A DNA stretch of 64,000 nucleotides from Candidatus Latescibacterota bacterium (GTDB taxonomy: Bacteria > Latescibacterota > UBA2968), in NCBI GenBank assembly GCA_965198115.1, contig OZ240241.1, forward strand, positions 4,256,001 through 4,320,000, in the 5' to 3' direction. The notes beneath the pieces were generated by a model. That model was not told where the DNA came from, made no database searches, and saw nothing but the letters and a program-made list of their open reading frames with translations. Made by a program: the position numbers and the translations under genes. The stretch's first letter is position 1, and every line of letters starts with the position of its first letter. Shown piece by piece: positions 54,196 through 64,000 of the stretch.

Positions 54196-55368
54196 ATGCC
54201 GACCGAACTCGAACTTCGATATGGAATGAATCCGCATCAAAAGCCGGCACGCGTCTATCGGAAGGACGGTGGTGAACTGCCTTTCAAAGTGCTGCGCGGC
54301 GCCCCGGGCTACGTCAATCTCCTCGATGCCCTGAACGCGTGGCAACTGTCCCGCGAACTCAGACAGGTCTTCGGGATGCCGGGGGCGGCTTCGTTCAAGC
54401 ACGTCAGCCCCGCAGGGGCCGCCGTGGCCGTCCCATTGCCGGAGACCCTCAAGAGGGCCTATTTCGTCGAAGACCTCGACCTGTCCCCCGTCGCAACGGC
54501 CTACGCCCGCGCCAGAGGGGCCGACCGGTTGTCATCCTACGGGGACTTCGCGGCTGTCAGCGATGTCGTCGACGTCTCCCTCGCCAGCCTTCTTCGGCGA
54601 GAAGCGTCGGACGCCATCATCGCGCCGGGTTACGAACCTGATGCTCTTGAAATTCTGGATGGAAAAAAGAAAGCGTTTCTTATTGTCGAAGTCGACCCCG
54701 ACTACCACCCGCACGAAATCGAGTCGCGGGAGGTCTTCGGTGTAACCCTGGAGCAGCACCGGAACGATCGCACAACCGGTCCCGAGCTCCTCCAGAATGT
54801 CGTGACCCGGGCAAAGGACATCCCCGAGGAAGCCCGCCGTGACCTCCTCGTCGCATCTATCGCCCTCAAGTATACACAGTCGAACTCGATCTGTTTCGCA
54901 AAAGGGGGTCAGGTCATCGGCGTCGGGGCCGGCCAGCAAAATCGTCTCGCGTGCACCGACCTGGCCGGCCGCAAGGCTGAAGCCTGGCATCTGCGAACTC
55001 ATCCCAAGGTTCTCGACATGAAGTTCGTACCCAAGCTCATGCGCCCACAAAAGATCAACGCCATCGAGCAATACTTGGGAGGGCGAATGTCGACCGAGGA
55101 GCACGAGGCGTGGCGGGCGAACTTTTCCGAACTGCCTCCCTCCATCTCCGATGAAGAGAAATCCGCCTGGCTGAAAAATCTAACCGAGGTGTCACTCAGT
55201 TCGGATGCCTATATCCCGTTTCGGGACAACATCGATCGGGCGGCCCGCACGGGCGTCCACTATATCGTGCAGACCGGAGGATCGGTGCGAGACGAGGATG
55301 TCATCGACGCGTGCGATAAATATGATATCGCCATGGTTATGTCAGGTATACGCCTATTCCACCATTAG
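54196..55368 (+). CDS. purH: AICAR formyltransferase (PurH transformylase domain only, no IMP cyclohydrolase domain)
   Basis: LRYGMNPHQ, SFKHVSPAG, KYTQSNS, SSDAY.PFRD, GGSVRD, RLFHH. Confidence 0.92.
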   Translation: MPTELELRYGMNPHQKPARVYRKDGGELPFKVLRGAPGYVNLLDALNAWQLSRELRQVFGMPGAASFKHVSPAGAAVAVPLPETLKRAYFVEDLDLSPVATAYARARGADRLSSYGDFAAVSDVVDVSLASLLRREASDAIIAPGYEPDALEILDGKKKAFLIVEVDPDYHPHEIESREVFGVTLEQHRNDRTTGPELLQNVVTRAKDIPEEARRDLLVASIALKYTQSNSICFAKGGQVIGVGAGQQNRLACTDLAGRKAEAWHLRTHPKVLDMKFVPKLMRPQKINAIEQYLGGRMSTEEHEAWRANFSELPPSISDEEKSAWLKNLTEVSLSSDAYIPFRDNIDRAARTGVHYIVQTGGSVRDEDVIDACDKYDIAMVMSGIRLFHH

Positions 55369-55426
55369 GTTTTTAACATTATATTAAACAATAGTATATA
55401 TTTATTTATACAGATTATACAGAATC

Positions 55427-55476
55427 TTGACGTAACGTAAAATTTTGTTGACTTTAACGTTACGTTAAAGTATGTT
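55427..55476 (+). promoter_or_regulatory. MerR-type tandem operators and promoter
   Basis: TTGACT-N17-TATGTT enclosing the perfect palindrome ACTTTAACGT-T-ACGTTAAAGT; second site TTGACGTAACGTAAA at 55427. Confidence 0.8.
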
Positions 55477-55526
55477 TTCTGGAGTCGGTGGATCTCACAG
55501 GGGGTGCATTGAGCCAATCGACCATC

Positions 55527-55982
55527 ATGCGAATTGGAAAGCTGGCAGAACGGGCAGGCACGACGACTCGCGCTGTTCGTTTCTACGAAGAGGTGGGTCT
55601 TATTAAGCCCTGCCATCGGACCTCGGGCGGGTTTCGCTGCTACAACGATCACCAGCTCAAAGAACTCCAGATGATTCTGAGTCTGAAGGAACTGGGTTTC
55701 GATTTGGACCAGATCCGTCAGATTCTTCAAAAGCGTTTTGCTCACCCGACGGGTGGAAACCTGGCTCAAGATGTCCTGCAGGACATGCACGGTCGGCTGG
55801 AAGAACTGAACAACCAGATCGAATCCTTGGGTCACATGCGCGACAAGCTGGTAGGCACGATCGACAGTCTTTGCGAGTGCTTGCCGTGTCAAATTCGACT
55901 GGATGAGAGGCTGTGCGAGGAGTGCGAAAAAATGCGGGACGAGACTTGTGTCCCGTTTTTCCACACGATTCAGAGCAATTAA
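55527..55982 (+). CDS. MerR family transcriptional regulator with Cys-rich C-terminus
   Basis: MRIGKLAE...VRFYEEVGLI...GGFRCY...LGFDLDQI; tail CECLPC..CEEC..C. Confidence 0.92.
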   Translation: MRIGKLAERAGTTTRAVRFYEEVGLIKPCHRTSGGFRCYNDHQLKELQMILSLKELGFDLDQIRQILQKRFAHPTGGNLAQDVLQDMHGRLEELNNQIESLGHMRDKLVGTIDSLCECLPCQIRLDERLCEECEKMRDETCVPFFHTIQSN

Positions 55983-56141
55983 AAAAAGCCGTCGGCTTCG
56001 GACCCTGACAAGATCGAAGCCGACGACTCGAACACGCTACCAAAAAGCGTAACGCTGTGTGTCTTGAAAGTATAATGACCTCCTGCCGACTGTCAACCTG
56101 GCAGGATGGAAGCGATCTGACAGCGACGAACGGGGACTGAC

Positions 56142-56963
56142 ATGCCCGGAGTATCCGACAGCACGGATCAATACCTGCGGGAAATCCGAAAATACACGCC
56201 TCTGTCGCGGGAAGATGAGGGAAAGACCATCGTTCAGGCACGGAAAGGCGACCGTAGCGCCCTCGATAAGATCATCACGGCCAACCTTCGCTTCGTCGTG
56301 AGGGTGGCTGGCGAGTACACGGGACGAGGACTCCCCATGTCGGACCTGATCGCGGAGGGCAACGTCGGACTCATCCGCGCGACAGAGACCTTCGACCCCG
56401 CTCGCGGCCATAAATTCATCACCTACGCTGTCTGGTGGATCAGGCAGGCCATTCTGTCGGCCCTCAACAAGCAGACGCACACGGTTTCGGTCCCCGTGAA
56501 TCAGATCGACGATCACGACGTCGTTTCCCGGACCGCTCGGCTCCTCACACAACAGTTGGGGCGAGCCCCGAGCATCGAAGAAATCGCCGAAAGCACAGAA
56601 ATGTCGCTTCGTCGTGTACGTCGTGCGATGGAGGCCAAACAACCGTCCCTGTCGATGGACAGTCCGATCTATTCCGACGGTACAATACGCTACGCCGACA
56701 CATTCGAGGCCGACGAACCGTCTCCCGACGAACGTGTTCACGACGCCCACGTCCGGCAACTCCTGCGCCAAGGTCTGGACGAACTCCCGGAGCGTGAGGC
56801 GAAGATCCTGGGCCTCTACTACGGCCTCGAGACCGACGAACCTGCATCACTCGAGCAGGTTGGGCGTGAGTTTCAGATCTCACGCGAGCGCGTGCGCCAG
56901 ATCAAAGATCGCGCCCTCAGCCGCTTGAAGCTCCACCTGGTCGAGGAGGAAATCGTACTCTGA
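56142..56963 (+). CDS. RpoD/RpoS-family sigma-70 factor lacking region 1.1
   Basis: YLREI, ANLRFVV, DLIAEGN, KFITYAVWWIRQAI, SRERVRQI. Confidence 0.93.
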   Translation: MPGVSDSTDQYLREIRKYTPLSREDEGKTIVQARKGDRSALDKIITANLRFVVRVAGEYTGRGLPMSDLIAEGNVGLIRATETFDPARGHKFITYAVWWIRQAILSALNKQTHTVSVPVNQIDDHDVVSRTARLLTQQLGRAPSIEEIAESTEMSLRRVRRAMEAKQPSLSMDSPIYSDGTIRYADTFEADEPSPDERVHDAHVRQLLRQGLDELPEREAKILGLYYGLETDEPASLEQVGREFQISRERVRQIKDRALSRLKLHLVEEEIVL

Positions 56964-56980
56964 TTTCAGACTGAGTTCGA

Positions 56981-57023
56981 ATTGAAAGTCCCCCGCTGGG
57001 TTTCCCAGCGGGGGACTTTCAAT
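56981..57023. terminator. Bidirectional terminator
   Basis: Perfect 20-bp stem ATTGAAAGTCCCCCGCTGGG-TTT-CCCAGCGGGGGACTTTCAAT between convergent genes. Confidence 0.88.
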
Positions 57024-57113
57024 CTTACGATTTCGTTCACCACAAGCGAGGGCCCTGACTGTCCTTCCCGGGCCTTCCGTTGAACGTCACGTGACCGCAG
57101 CCGGGGTCACACC

Positions 57114-57836
57114 CTAATTGCTGAACCCGAAGCTGACACCTCCCCAAACCGAGGTGTCTGGGTTGACACCGTCGTCGGCAAACGTCACACCGATAATCGG
57201 AGTGATTGACGTGCCGCCTGCCACGAACCCGACCGACGCGCCGAGTGTCACATCGTTCCAACCAGCACGGTCGCCGTAGCCGTCGCCGCTGAATCCCACC
57301 GATGCGCTCACAGCCAGTGCGGGTGCATTCTCATCCTCGCTCAGCGGAAACTCCGGACTGACACCCAGCGCAGCGTAGTAGTCGTCGATCAAGCCGAAGT
57401 CGTAATACACCGTAACGCTTGGTGCCAGAGCATTGTCGAAGCTGAGGTTACCGTAAGCTTCTTCGGAGTGCTCGGCGCCCGATCCACCGTTCGGGAACGT
57501 ATACTGGATGTAGCCGACTGAGAAGCTAACGGGGCTTTCCGGGAAGCTGCCGCTGTAGTCTACCGTAAAATCGAGTTCATCGGCCCCCTCGGTTGCCGTA
57601 CGACTCTGCGCGAAGAAAGAACCCCAGATGTTGAACGAAACGCCCGATTCCGCAAAACCGAACGTCAGACTGGGCTGGAGAACGAGCTTGTTGTCCGCCC
57701 CCAGAATACCCCCCCTCCAGAGATAGCCGGAAAGGGCGTCGACCGACCCTTCGACCGTAATGTTGGATTGTGCGCTGGCCGGAGCGAGGGCGCCCAGAGT
57801 AAGAATCGTGGTAAGAATCAGACCGGATTTACGCAT
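57114..57836 (-). CDS. TorF/TIGR02001-like outer-membrane beta-barrel (putative porin)
   Basis: Signal peptide; SGYLWRG, LQPS, ELDFTVDY, GYIQYTFP; RBS AGGAGGAGG. Confidence 0.75.
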   Translation of the reverse strand: MRKSGLILTTILTLGALAPASAQSNITVEGSVDALSGYLWRGGILGADNKLVLQPSLTFGFAESGVSFNIWGSFFAQSRTATEGADELDFTVDYSGSFPESPVSFSVGYIQYTFPNGGSGAEHSEEAYGNLSFDNALAPSVTVYYDFGLIDDYYAALGVSPEFPLSEDENAPALAVSASVGFSGDGYGDRAGWNDVTLGASVGFVAGGTSITPIIGVTFADDGVNPDTSVWGGVSFGFSN

Positions 57837-58280
57837 TTTCTGCCTCCTCCTAGGCATGGTTCCGATACGTGAATTGGACTCAATGAAGTATACCGAGTCA
57901 CGTGATCTGAATGTGTTAAATCCCAATGAACTTTAGGTTTCCAACCGTGAACTGTCGATGGCCAGGTTCGCCCGCTCTCTCGCCAGAACCCAACACTGAC
58001 GAAAGGGTGCACGTGGTCCATCGTGCTTCCCTGGTGTCTTCTGACTGGCCGGGGCTGCGGGCTGACGAACACCTTCCCATCCTCCTCTTCCACGGTGTTT
58101 TACGTGGATTCCGATAAATGCCACGCCGGTGAAATATGACAGAATCGTGATTCTTAATCGTGGGAGAACGAGGGGGAGGCTAACCAAACACTCTCTCAGT
58201 CTGGGCGAATACGACTCCGCAGTCGATTGAGGACGTGTTACGGGGATGTGAACACACCTGAACGGCAGATCACACAAAGA

Positions 58281-58310
58281 AGGCCCCCCGGCGATGAATC
58301 GCCGGGGCCG
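58281..58310 (-). terminator. Terminator after the HtrA-like gene
   Basis: CCCCGGCGA-TGAA-TCGCCGGGG stem, followed by TTCTTT on the minus strand. Confidence 0.65.
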
Positions 58311-58337
58311 TAGAATTTCCACCACGAACCGAAATCT

Positions 58338-59498
58338 TCAGGGGCTCTTGATCAGCTTTCGGAGTCGGCCGAGTTCCTGCTCGACTGCCCGGATCTGGTT
58401 GAACAACACGTCTTCGGGGGGCGGCGGCGTTCGAAGGTCGTGCGACAGAGCAGTGGTCGAAGCACTTGGATCGAACTCACTCAGCTCACGACTTCCGGCA
58501 TCGGCCGTCGTCCGTTCAGTCACATTGACCTCCGCAGCCACGTCACGATTTCCCTTTTCCAACCGAATCTGAATCGCCGTCCCGGGTGGCGTCTCCATCA
58601 CCAGCCGCCTCAGGTGGAAAGGCCCTGTAACGGTGTGGCCACCGTAGGCCAGAATCCGATGTCCCTCGCGAATCCCGCACTTCCACGCGGGGCCCCCTTC
58701 GGCAACGCGAGTGACCACCACCGGGTAGGAATGTTCGTCGACTTCGACGCCCAGCCAACCGTAGTTCACCTGACCCTGTCGGACGAGGTCTCGGGCAATG
58801 CGTTCCAGCCGGTTGATCGGAATCACGAACACGGTCATCGGCGCTTCCTGCGCGACCGACGCCAGCGGATCACCCGACTGGAAGGGGGCCGCCCAGACCA
58901 TGCCCAGAACCTGTCCGGCGCTGTCGAACACGGGCGCCCCGCCGTAGCTGGGGTGGACGGATGAAGTGAGCTGAATCAGGTCTTCGTCCGGGTTGACCTC
59001 GTGAACCGAACCGATCGACGGCATCAACTGACCGAACGCGTTTCCGAGAATGAAGGAGTAGTGCCCCACGCGTACACCGTCGGAATCTCCGGGGCGAATG
59101 TGTGGCAGATCATCGGACGCGTCGAGATGGATCACAGCGACGTCGGACGCCGGGTCGGACGCCACAAAGGACGCCGTACGTGTTTCGCCGCTATCCAGAG
59201 TGACGCGGATTTCGCGAGCACCCACAACCGCTTTGTCCACGGTCAACACGAAACCCTCGGGGTCGAAAACGAACCCCGTTCCGTGTGTGTAACCCGAGCC
59301 GTACTGCATCGACTCGGCGTGGCTACCGGGCGAATAGATCGCGTGAATTCGAACCACACATCCGCGGTTCTGCTCGAGCAGCAGGGCGATCTCTTTCTCG
59401 ATCGCCTGCAGGATGCCCTCTCCACGTGCGGACGTAGGAACGCCCGCCATTCCGAGGATGAGAACGACGGGCAGGTATGTTCGAGTGAATTTCGACAT
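58338..59498 (-). CDS. HtrA/DegS-like trypsin-fold + PDZ protein lacking catalytic His and Ser
   Basis: GTGF, DPASDVAV, GDSD, PDZ GWLGV; TNxHV replaced by TVDKAV and NPGNSGG by HPSYGGA. Confidence 0.85.
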   Translation of the reverse strand: MSKFTRTYLPVVLILGMAGVPTSARGEGILQAIEKEIALLLEQNRGCVVRIHAIYSPGSHAESMQYGSGYTHGTGFVFDPEGFVLTVDKAVVGAREIRVTLDSGETRTASFVASDPASDVAVIHLDASDDLPHIRPGDSDGVRVGHYSFILGNAFGQLMPSIGSVHEVNPDEDLIQLTSSVHPSYGGAPVFDSAGQVLGMVWAAPFQSGDPLASVAQEAPMTVFVIPINRLERIARDLVRQGQVNYGWLGVEVDEHSYPVVVTRVAEGGPAWKCGIREGHRILAYGGHTVTGPFHLRRLVMETPPGTAIQIRLEKGNRDVAAEVNVTERTTADAGSRELSEFDPSASTTALSHDLRTPPPPEDVLFNQIRAVEQELGRLRKLIKSP

Positions 59499-59546
59499 GA
59501 TGGGGTCTGACAGCTTTCCCCTCCCGGGGAGGATCGTGTCGGCCGA

Positions 59547-60167
59547 CTAAAAGGAAACAGGAACCCGACGGACTGCCCCACGGGGGGGCGGGGGAAAGGC
59601 GGTCGTATTTCGGGAAACACTTCGGGTTCGATAGAGCCGTCGTGAAAGCGCGTAGGACTCGGCCTGCGAGAGCTGCCGGAGTGCGCCACGATCGACGGGC
59701 TCCGCTGGCACGGTCGCCATAGGCCGGTTCATCGCACCGTAGATCCGCACGGCCATCTCTGGTTCGAGAAGCACCTCGGTTTCGGTCGCGGATGGATCGG
59801 CCGCCACCTGAATGTCGGTCGAATCCGTGAACAGGCTCGACACCCCCAGCGCGAGCGCGGCGGCGACAGCGCCCGTAAGCAGGCCGCGCCGGGCCGTCGG
59901 GAACAGAAGGGCCCGAACACGCCGACGGGCAGTCTGTTCCTTGTTCGCCTCCGTGAGGATGCGACTTCGAAGAGCGAACTCGAACCCGGCAGACGGCCGG
60001 ATTTCCGGCAGTTCACTCAACTTCCGCCGGAGCGAGGTCATCGTGCGGTAGGCTTCGGCGAAGGCCGGGTTTTCTTCGATCGCCTGAGCCATTCTCACCG
60101 TGTCGCCGTCGGACAACTCTCCGTCGACATAATCCGACAACCTTCGATGAAACGCTTCCGCATCCAT
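59547..60167 (-). CDS. Anti-sigma factor (zf-HC2-like N-terminus, single TM)
   Basis: LSDYVDGEL; TM GAVAAALALGV; directly after the ECF sigma gene. Confidence 0.78.
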   Translation of the reverse strand: MDAEAFHRRLSDYVDGELSDGDTVRMAQAIEENPAFAEAYRTMTSLRRKLSELPEIRPSAGFEFALRSRILTEANKEQTARRRVRALLFPTARRGLLTGAVAAALALGVSSLFTDSTDIQVAADPSATETEVLLEPEMAVRIYGAMNRPMATVPAEPVDRGALRQLSQAESYALSRRLYRTRSVSRNTTAFPPPPRGAVRRVPVSF

Positions 60168-60194
60168 AGTAAAGTTCACTCCTGGTTTGATGAA

Positions 60195-60806
60195 TCAGAC
60201 CTCGAGGCCGATGTCACGTCCCTCGTTCTTCAACTTCTGCTGAAGCTTGAGACGGGCACGATTGACGCGTGATTTGACCGTGCCCACAGGGCAGTCGACG
60301 ATCTCGGATATCTCCTGATAAGACATTCCCTGGACATCGCGCAACAGAATGACCTGACGGTAGTTTTCCGGAAGCGATCGGATCGCGTCCTTGATTTGCA
60401 CGTTGGCAAGCGACGATTCGGCCACCTTGTCGGGGCGGAATGACTCGTCGGGCAGATCCATGCCCGTGTCGGACTCTTCGTCCCGATCGAGCGAAAACAG
60501 ACGCCAGCGTTTCCTTCGCCTCAGTTCGCTCTTGGCGAGGTTGCCGGCGATCGTGAACAACCAGGTCGAGAAGTTCGCGATAGCACGGTATTCGTCGCGC
60601 TTTCGGAACGCGCGGAGAAAGGTCTCCTGCACGATGTCTTCGGCAGTCTCCCTCTCGCCCACGAAACGAAAAATGAAGTTGTAGAGCCGTCCGCTGTATC
60701 GACTGACGATCTTGCCGTAGGCGTCGACGTTTCCCGCCGTGACCTCGGCCAGAATCTCCATATCCGTCAGTTCACCCGGGGTCTGCCTCGAACTGACCAT
60801 AAGCAT
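60195..60806 (-). CDS. ECF sigma factor (RpoE/SigW-like)
   Basis: AEDIVQETF, FSTWLFTIA, SYQEISE...GTVKSRVNRAR; RBS GGAGGAG. Confidence 0.93.
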   Translation of the reverse strand: MLMVSSRQTPGELTDMEILAEVTAGNVDAYGKIVSRYSGRLYNFIFRFVGERETAEDIVQETFLRAFRKRDEYRAIANFSTWLFTIAGNLAKSELRRRKRWRLFSLDRDEESDTGMDLPDESFRPDKVAESSLANVQIKDAIRSLPENYRQVILLRDVQGMSYQEISEIVDCPVGTVKSRVNRARLKLQQKLKNEGRDIGLEV

Positions 60807-60883
60807 GGAATCTCCTCCCGATGATTGTGCATCTCGTGAGACGTGTTTGCCGGCACAGCCACGAGATACTCGCACGCCCCCTT

Positions 60884-60909
60884 GAACATCCTGGGCGTTG
60901 GAAGGTTCC
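60884..60909 (-). promoter_or_regulatory. Putative autoregulatory ECF promoter
   Basis: GGAACC-N16-GTTC on the minus strand, about 80 bp upstream of the sigma ATG. Confidence 0.6.
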
Positions 60910-61192
60910 ACTTTTCCGCTCGATTCAGCGTGATTCTTCACATCCACGATAGATTACAAAATCTAATATTCAATGTGTGGTCGTTAAGGGTTCTTTCTTT
61001 AGAACACCCCTCGGCAGGCCTGCCCGAAATATAAGGCCAAAGAGGCTGAATGGCCCCCATAAAGTCGCGATTCCGTAGTCCCTTGTCACCCTATTCCGTC
61101 TTGCGTCCCAATCGCGCACGGGCTATATATTGGCCAGTCTGATGTCCTTTCTTAGTCACATCGGGGCTCTTCACCACCGAAGCGAGGATGCA

Positions 61193-63181
61193 ATGTCATC
61201 GGTCGACGAAAAAAACGGCAAATTCCACCCGCCGGACGGTCTGAGTAACGTCGCCCACGTCAGAACGTTCGAGGACTATCAAGAGACGCACAGCCAGTCT
61301 GTCGAGGATCCGGAAGCATTCTGGGCGGAAATCGCCGAGGGATTCCACTGGTACAAAAAATGGGACACAGTTCGATCCTACAACTACAACGTGGAGAACG
61401 GACCCATCAGCATCAAGTGGTTCGAGGGGGCTAGAACCAACATCACCCACAATTGTTTGGACCGACATCTGGATACGCGGGGGGACCAGAACGCGATCGT
61501 CTGGGAGGGTAACGAGCCCGGCGAGGACTGCACCTATACCTACCGCGAGCTGCACACCCTCGTGTGCAAGTGTGCCAATGTCCTCAAATCCAGGGGCGTC
61601 CAGAAGGGCGATCGCGTCTCGATTTACATGCCCATGATTCCCGAACTCGCCATCGCCATGCTCGCGTGCGCCCGTATCGGTGCCATCCACAGCATCGTTT
61701 TCGGCGGGTTTTCCTCCGAGGCCCTGGCCGACCGCATCGTCGACTCTACGTGCAAAGTTCTGATCACGGCGAACGGCACGTTCCGGGGTGACAAACCGGT
61801 TCCGCTCAAGGCGAGCGCCGACGTCGCCATGGATCACGCCGATCAGCGGATGGACGGCGAAAAGGTCGAGACGTGCCTCGTCGTTAAGCGTGTGCCCGAC
61901 GGGAAGGGCGTGGACTGCGAGATGGCCAACGGCCGTGACATCTGGTGGCACGACGTCGTCGACGCGGCTCCCGGCGACTGTCCCCCCGAGGAGATGGATG
62001 CCGAAGACCCGCTGTTCATCCTCTACACATCAGGTTCCACGGGCAAGCCAAAGGGTGTGCAGCACACAGTGGGCGGCTACATGGTCTACACCGCCACCAC
62101 CCACAGATACGTCTTCGACTATCACGACGGCGACATCTACTTCTGCGGGGCCGACATCGGGTGGGTCACCGGACACTCCTACATCGTCTACGGCCCGTTG
62201 TGCAATGGCGCAGTCACCCTCATGTTCGAGGGCATTCCCACCTATCCCGACGCAGGTCGGTTTTGGGACATCGTCGACAAATACAAGGTCAACCAGTTCT
62301 ACACCGCGCCCACCGCGATTCGGGCGCTCGCTGGCGCGGGAGAGGCGATCCCCGCAAAATACGACCTCTCCTCGCTCAAGATCCTCGGCACCGTGGGCGA
62401 ACCCATTAACCCCGAGGCCTGGCAATGGTATCACAGAAACATCGGGCGAGGCCGGTGCCCCATCGTCGACACGTGGTGGCAAACCGAAACCGGGGGAATC
62501 ATGATCACTCCCCTACCCGGCGCCACTCCCACAAAACCGGGATCGGCCACTTTCCCCTTCTTCGGCGTCAAACCGGTCGTCCTCGATCCCGAATCGGGTC
62601 AGGAGCAGCAGGGGGATGGTGTCGACGGTGTGCTCGCGATTTCCGAACCGTGGCCTGGCCAAATGCGCACAGTCTACGGCGACCATAAACGATTCGAGGA
62701 AACCTACTTCCATCAGTACAAGGGCTATTACTTCTCGGGGGACGGGTGTCGTCGTGACGAGGACGGTTACTACTGGATTACGGGCCGCGTCGACGATGTC
62801 ATCAACGTGTCGGGGCACAGAATGGGCACAGCCGAAGTCGAGAGCGCACTCGTTTCCCACGCAAAAGTGTCCGAATCGGCGGTCGTCGGGTATCCTCACG
62901 AAATCAAGGGCCAGGGCATATACGCTTACGTGACACTGAACGCCGGCGAAACCTACACGGACGACCTTAAGAAAGAACTCGTCGCGTGGGTTCGAAAAGA
63001 AATCGGCCCGATCGCCTCGCCCGACGTCATCCACTGGGCGCCCGGGCTTCCGAAAACCCGCTCGGGCAAAATCATGCGCAGAATTCTGCGAAAGATCGCC
63101 GAGAACGACACGGGCGATTTGGGCGACATTTCCACGTTGGCCGATCCTGCGGTCGTCGAGCAACTCGTCTCCTCGCGATAG
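61193..63181 (+). CDS. acs: Acetyl-CoA synthetase
   Basis: [43 protein letters not shown]. Confidence 0.97.
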   Translation: MSSVDEKNGKFHPPDGLSNVAHVRTFEDYQETHSQSVEDPEAFWAEIAEGFHWYKKWDTVRSYNYNVENGPISIKWFEGARTNITHNCLDRHLDTRGDQNAIVWEGNEPGEDCTYTYRELHTLVCKCANVLKSRGVQKGDRVSIYMPMIPELAIAMLACARIGAIHSIVFGGFSSEALADRIVDSTCKVLITANGTFRGDKPVPLKASADVAMDHADQRMDGEKVETCLVVKRVPDGKGVDCEMANGRDIWWHDVVDAAPGDCPPEEMDAEDPLFILYTSGSTGKPKGVQHTVGGYMVYTATTHRYVFDYHDGDIYFCGADIGWVTGHSYIVYGPLCNGAVTLMFEGIPTYPDAGRFWDIVDKYKVNQFYTAPTAIRALAGAGEAIPAKYDLSSLKILGTVGEPINPEAWQWYHRNIGRGRCPIVDTWWQTETGGIMITPLPGATPTKPGSATFPFFGVKPVVLDPESGQEQQGDGVDGVLAISEPWPGQMRTVYGDHKRFEETYFHQYKGYYFSGDGCRRDEDGYYWITGRVDDVINVSGHRMGTAEVESALVSHAKVSESAVVGYPHEIKGQGIYAYVTLNAGETYTDDLKKELVAWVRKEIGPIASPDVIHWAPGLPKTRSGKIMRRILRKIAENDTGDLGDISTLADPAVVEQLVSSR

Positions 63182-63203
63182 TCGCGCGAGTAAGAAAATT
63201 CAA

Positions 63204-63241
63204 AAGGGCACGGCCTCCTCGATCGGGAAGCCGTGCCCTTC
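63204..63241 (+). terminator. Hairpin after acs
   Basis: AAGGGCACGGC...GCCGTGCCCTT stem. Confidence 0.65.
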
Positions 63242-63250
63242 GATTATCCC

Positions 63251-63937
63251 ATGACAGAACCACAACCCAATCGCGCCGTGCTTCTCCTCTCCGGCGGCAT
63301 GGACTCGACGACTCTTCTGTGGTGGATGCTTGACCAAGGGGTCGACGAAATCCACACTGTCGCCATCGACTACGGGCAACGGCACCGGATCGAACTGGAA
63401 TCGAGTGGCCGTCTGTCCACCCTGGCGCACACCGCCTCACACCGCCTCATCCACCTCGACCTCGCCCAGATCGGCGACACACCCCTGACGAGCACCGAGG
63501 TGGATGTGCCGGCCGCATCCGAAGACCGGCAGATTTCGACCGTCATACCTTTTCGGAATACGATGTTCGTGACCGCCGCTGCCGCCTATGCAGAAACCCG
63601 ATCCATCACCGACCTCTACATATCGCCCGTTCGAGACGACCACGCCGCCTACCGAGACTGTCGCCGCGTCTTCTACGACGCACTCCAGAATGCGTTGAGT
63701 CTCGGCGCAACGCGGGAAACCAGCATCCGCATTCACACGCCTTTTGTCACCTGGTCGAAGATGGACGTCGTCCGCGTCGGTCTCGAACTCGGGGTCCCGT
63801 ACGAGGACACCCATACCTGCTACAACGGCACCCGCCCCGCGTGCGGCCTATGCGACGCTTGTGTCGAACGACTTGCGGCGTTCGAGGCAAACGGCGTTTC
63901 CGATCCGATCGCCTACGTCGATCGAACAGGGAACTAG
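63251..63937 (+). CDS. queC: 7-cyano-7-deazaguanine synthase
   Basis: LSGGMDS, YGQRH, PFRN, YRDCR, TCY...CGLCDACVER. Confidence 0.94.
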   Translation: MTEPQPNRAVLLLSGGMDSTTLLWWMLDQGVDEIHTVAIDYGQRHRIELESSGRLSTLAHTASHRLIHLDLAQIGDTPLTSTEVDVPAASEDRQISTVIPFRNTMFVTAAAAYAETRSITDLYISPVRDDHAAYRDCRRVFYDALQNALSLGATRETSIRIHTPFVTWSKMDVVRVGLELGVPYEDTHTCYNGTRPACGLCDACVERLAAFEANGVSDPIAYVDRTGN

Positions 63938-64000
63938 GCACAGGATACGATCACATTCGTACACAACAAGACCGGACCCATTGGATTCCCAACAAGCCCG

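Noticed and set aside
54196-55368. PurH lacking the IMP cyclohydrolase domain as a novelty
   Set aside because: Stand-alone AICAR transformylases are already known in several bacterial groups.
57990-58075. Hammerhead ribozyme (two CTGACGA motifs)
   Set aside because: No stem II followed by GAAA in the required arrangement.
63182-63250. preQ1 riboswitch before queC
   Set aside because: Only a terminator-like hairpin; no preQ1 consensus.

Overview
GC-rich bacterial chromosomal segment. The secreted proteins carry paired DxDGDGxVxFxDF Ca-binding loops and an NYPNPFNP C-terminal sorting domain, which suggests an FCB-group lineage such as Latescibacterota (inference). 1-33 kb is almost all minus strand: a xanthine-dehydrogenase-family Mo subunit, catabolic enzymes, a propeller-PP2C sensor, an IS256 with an 8-bp target duplication, ZIP, YbbN and NnrS-like genes, an ~8.2-kb giant repeat-rich secreted protein with an IS630 just upstream, an SCO/PCuAC/cytochrome c/HIT cluster and VapBC. 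34-64 kb is mostly plus strand: a GMC oxidoreductase, a cobalamin riboswitch with a 7-gene B12 uptake operon, rpmB, dCMP deaminase, an AKR-chlorite-dismutase-like fusion, an M20/YbdK pair, a permuted DUF3179 gene, a tandem SDR, AICAR transformylase with a structured leader, MerR, sigma-70, a TorF-like porin, an ECF sigma/anti-sigma/HtrA-like operon, acs and queC. Many genes are split by 1-nt indels, often in G/C runs, so many are probably long-read consensus errors. The best leads are a possible cohesin/dockerin-like surface display linking the giant protein to a BtuG-like protein, a non-canonical ZTP-like attenuator before purH, a catalytically dead HtrA in the ECF operon, the AKR-Cld fusion and the permuted DUF3179. 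No rRNA, tRNA or CRISPR array was seen. All calls come from motif recognition by eye, with no database searches.
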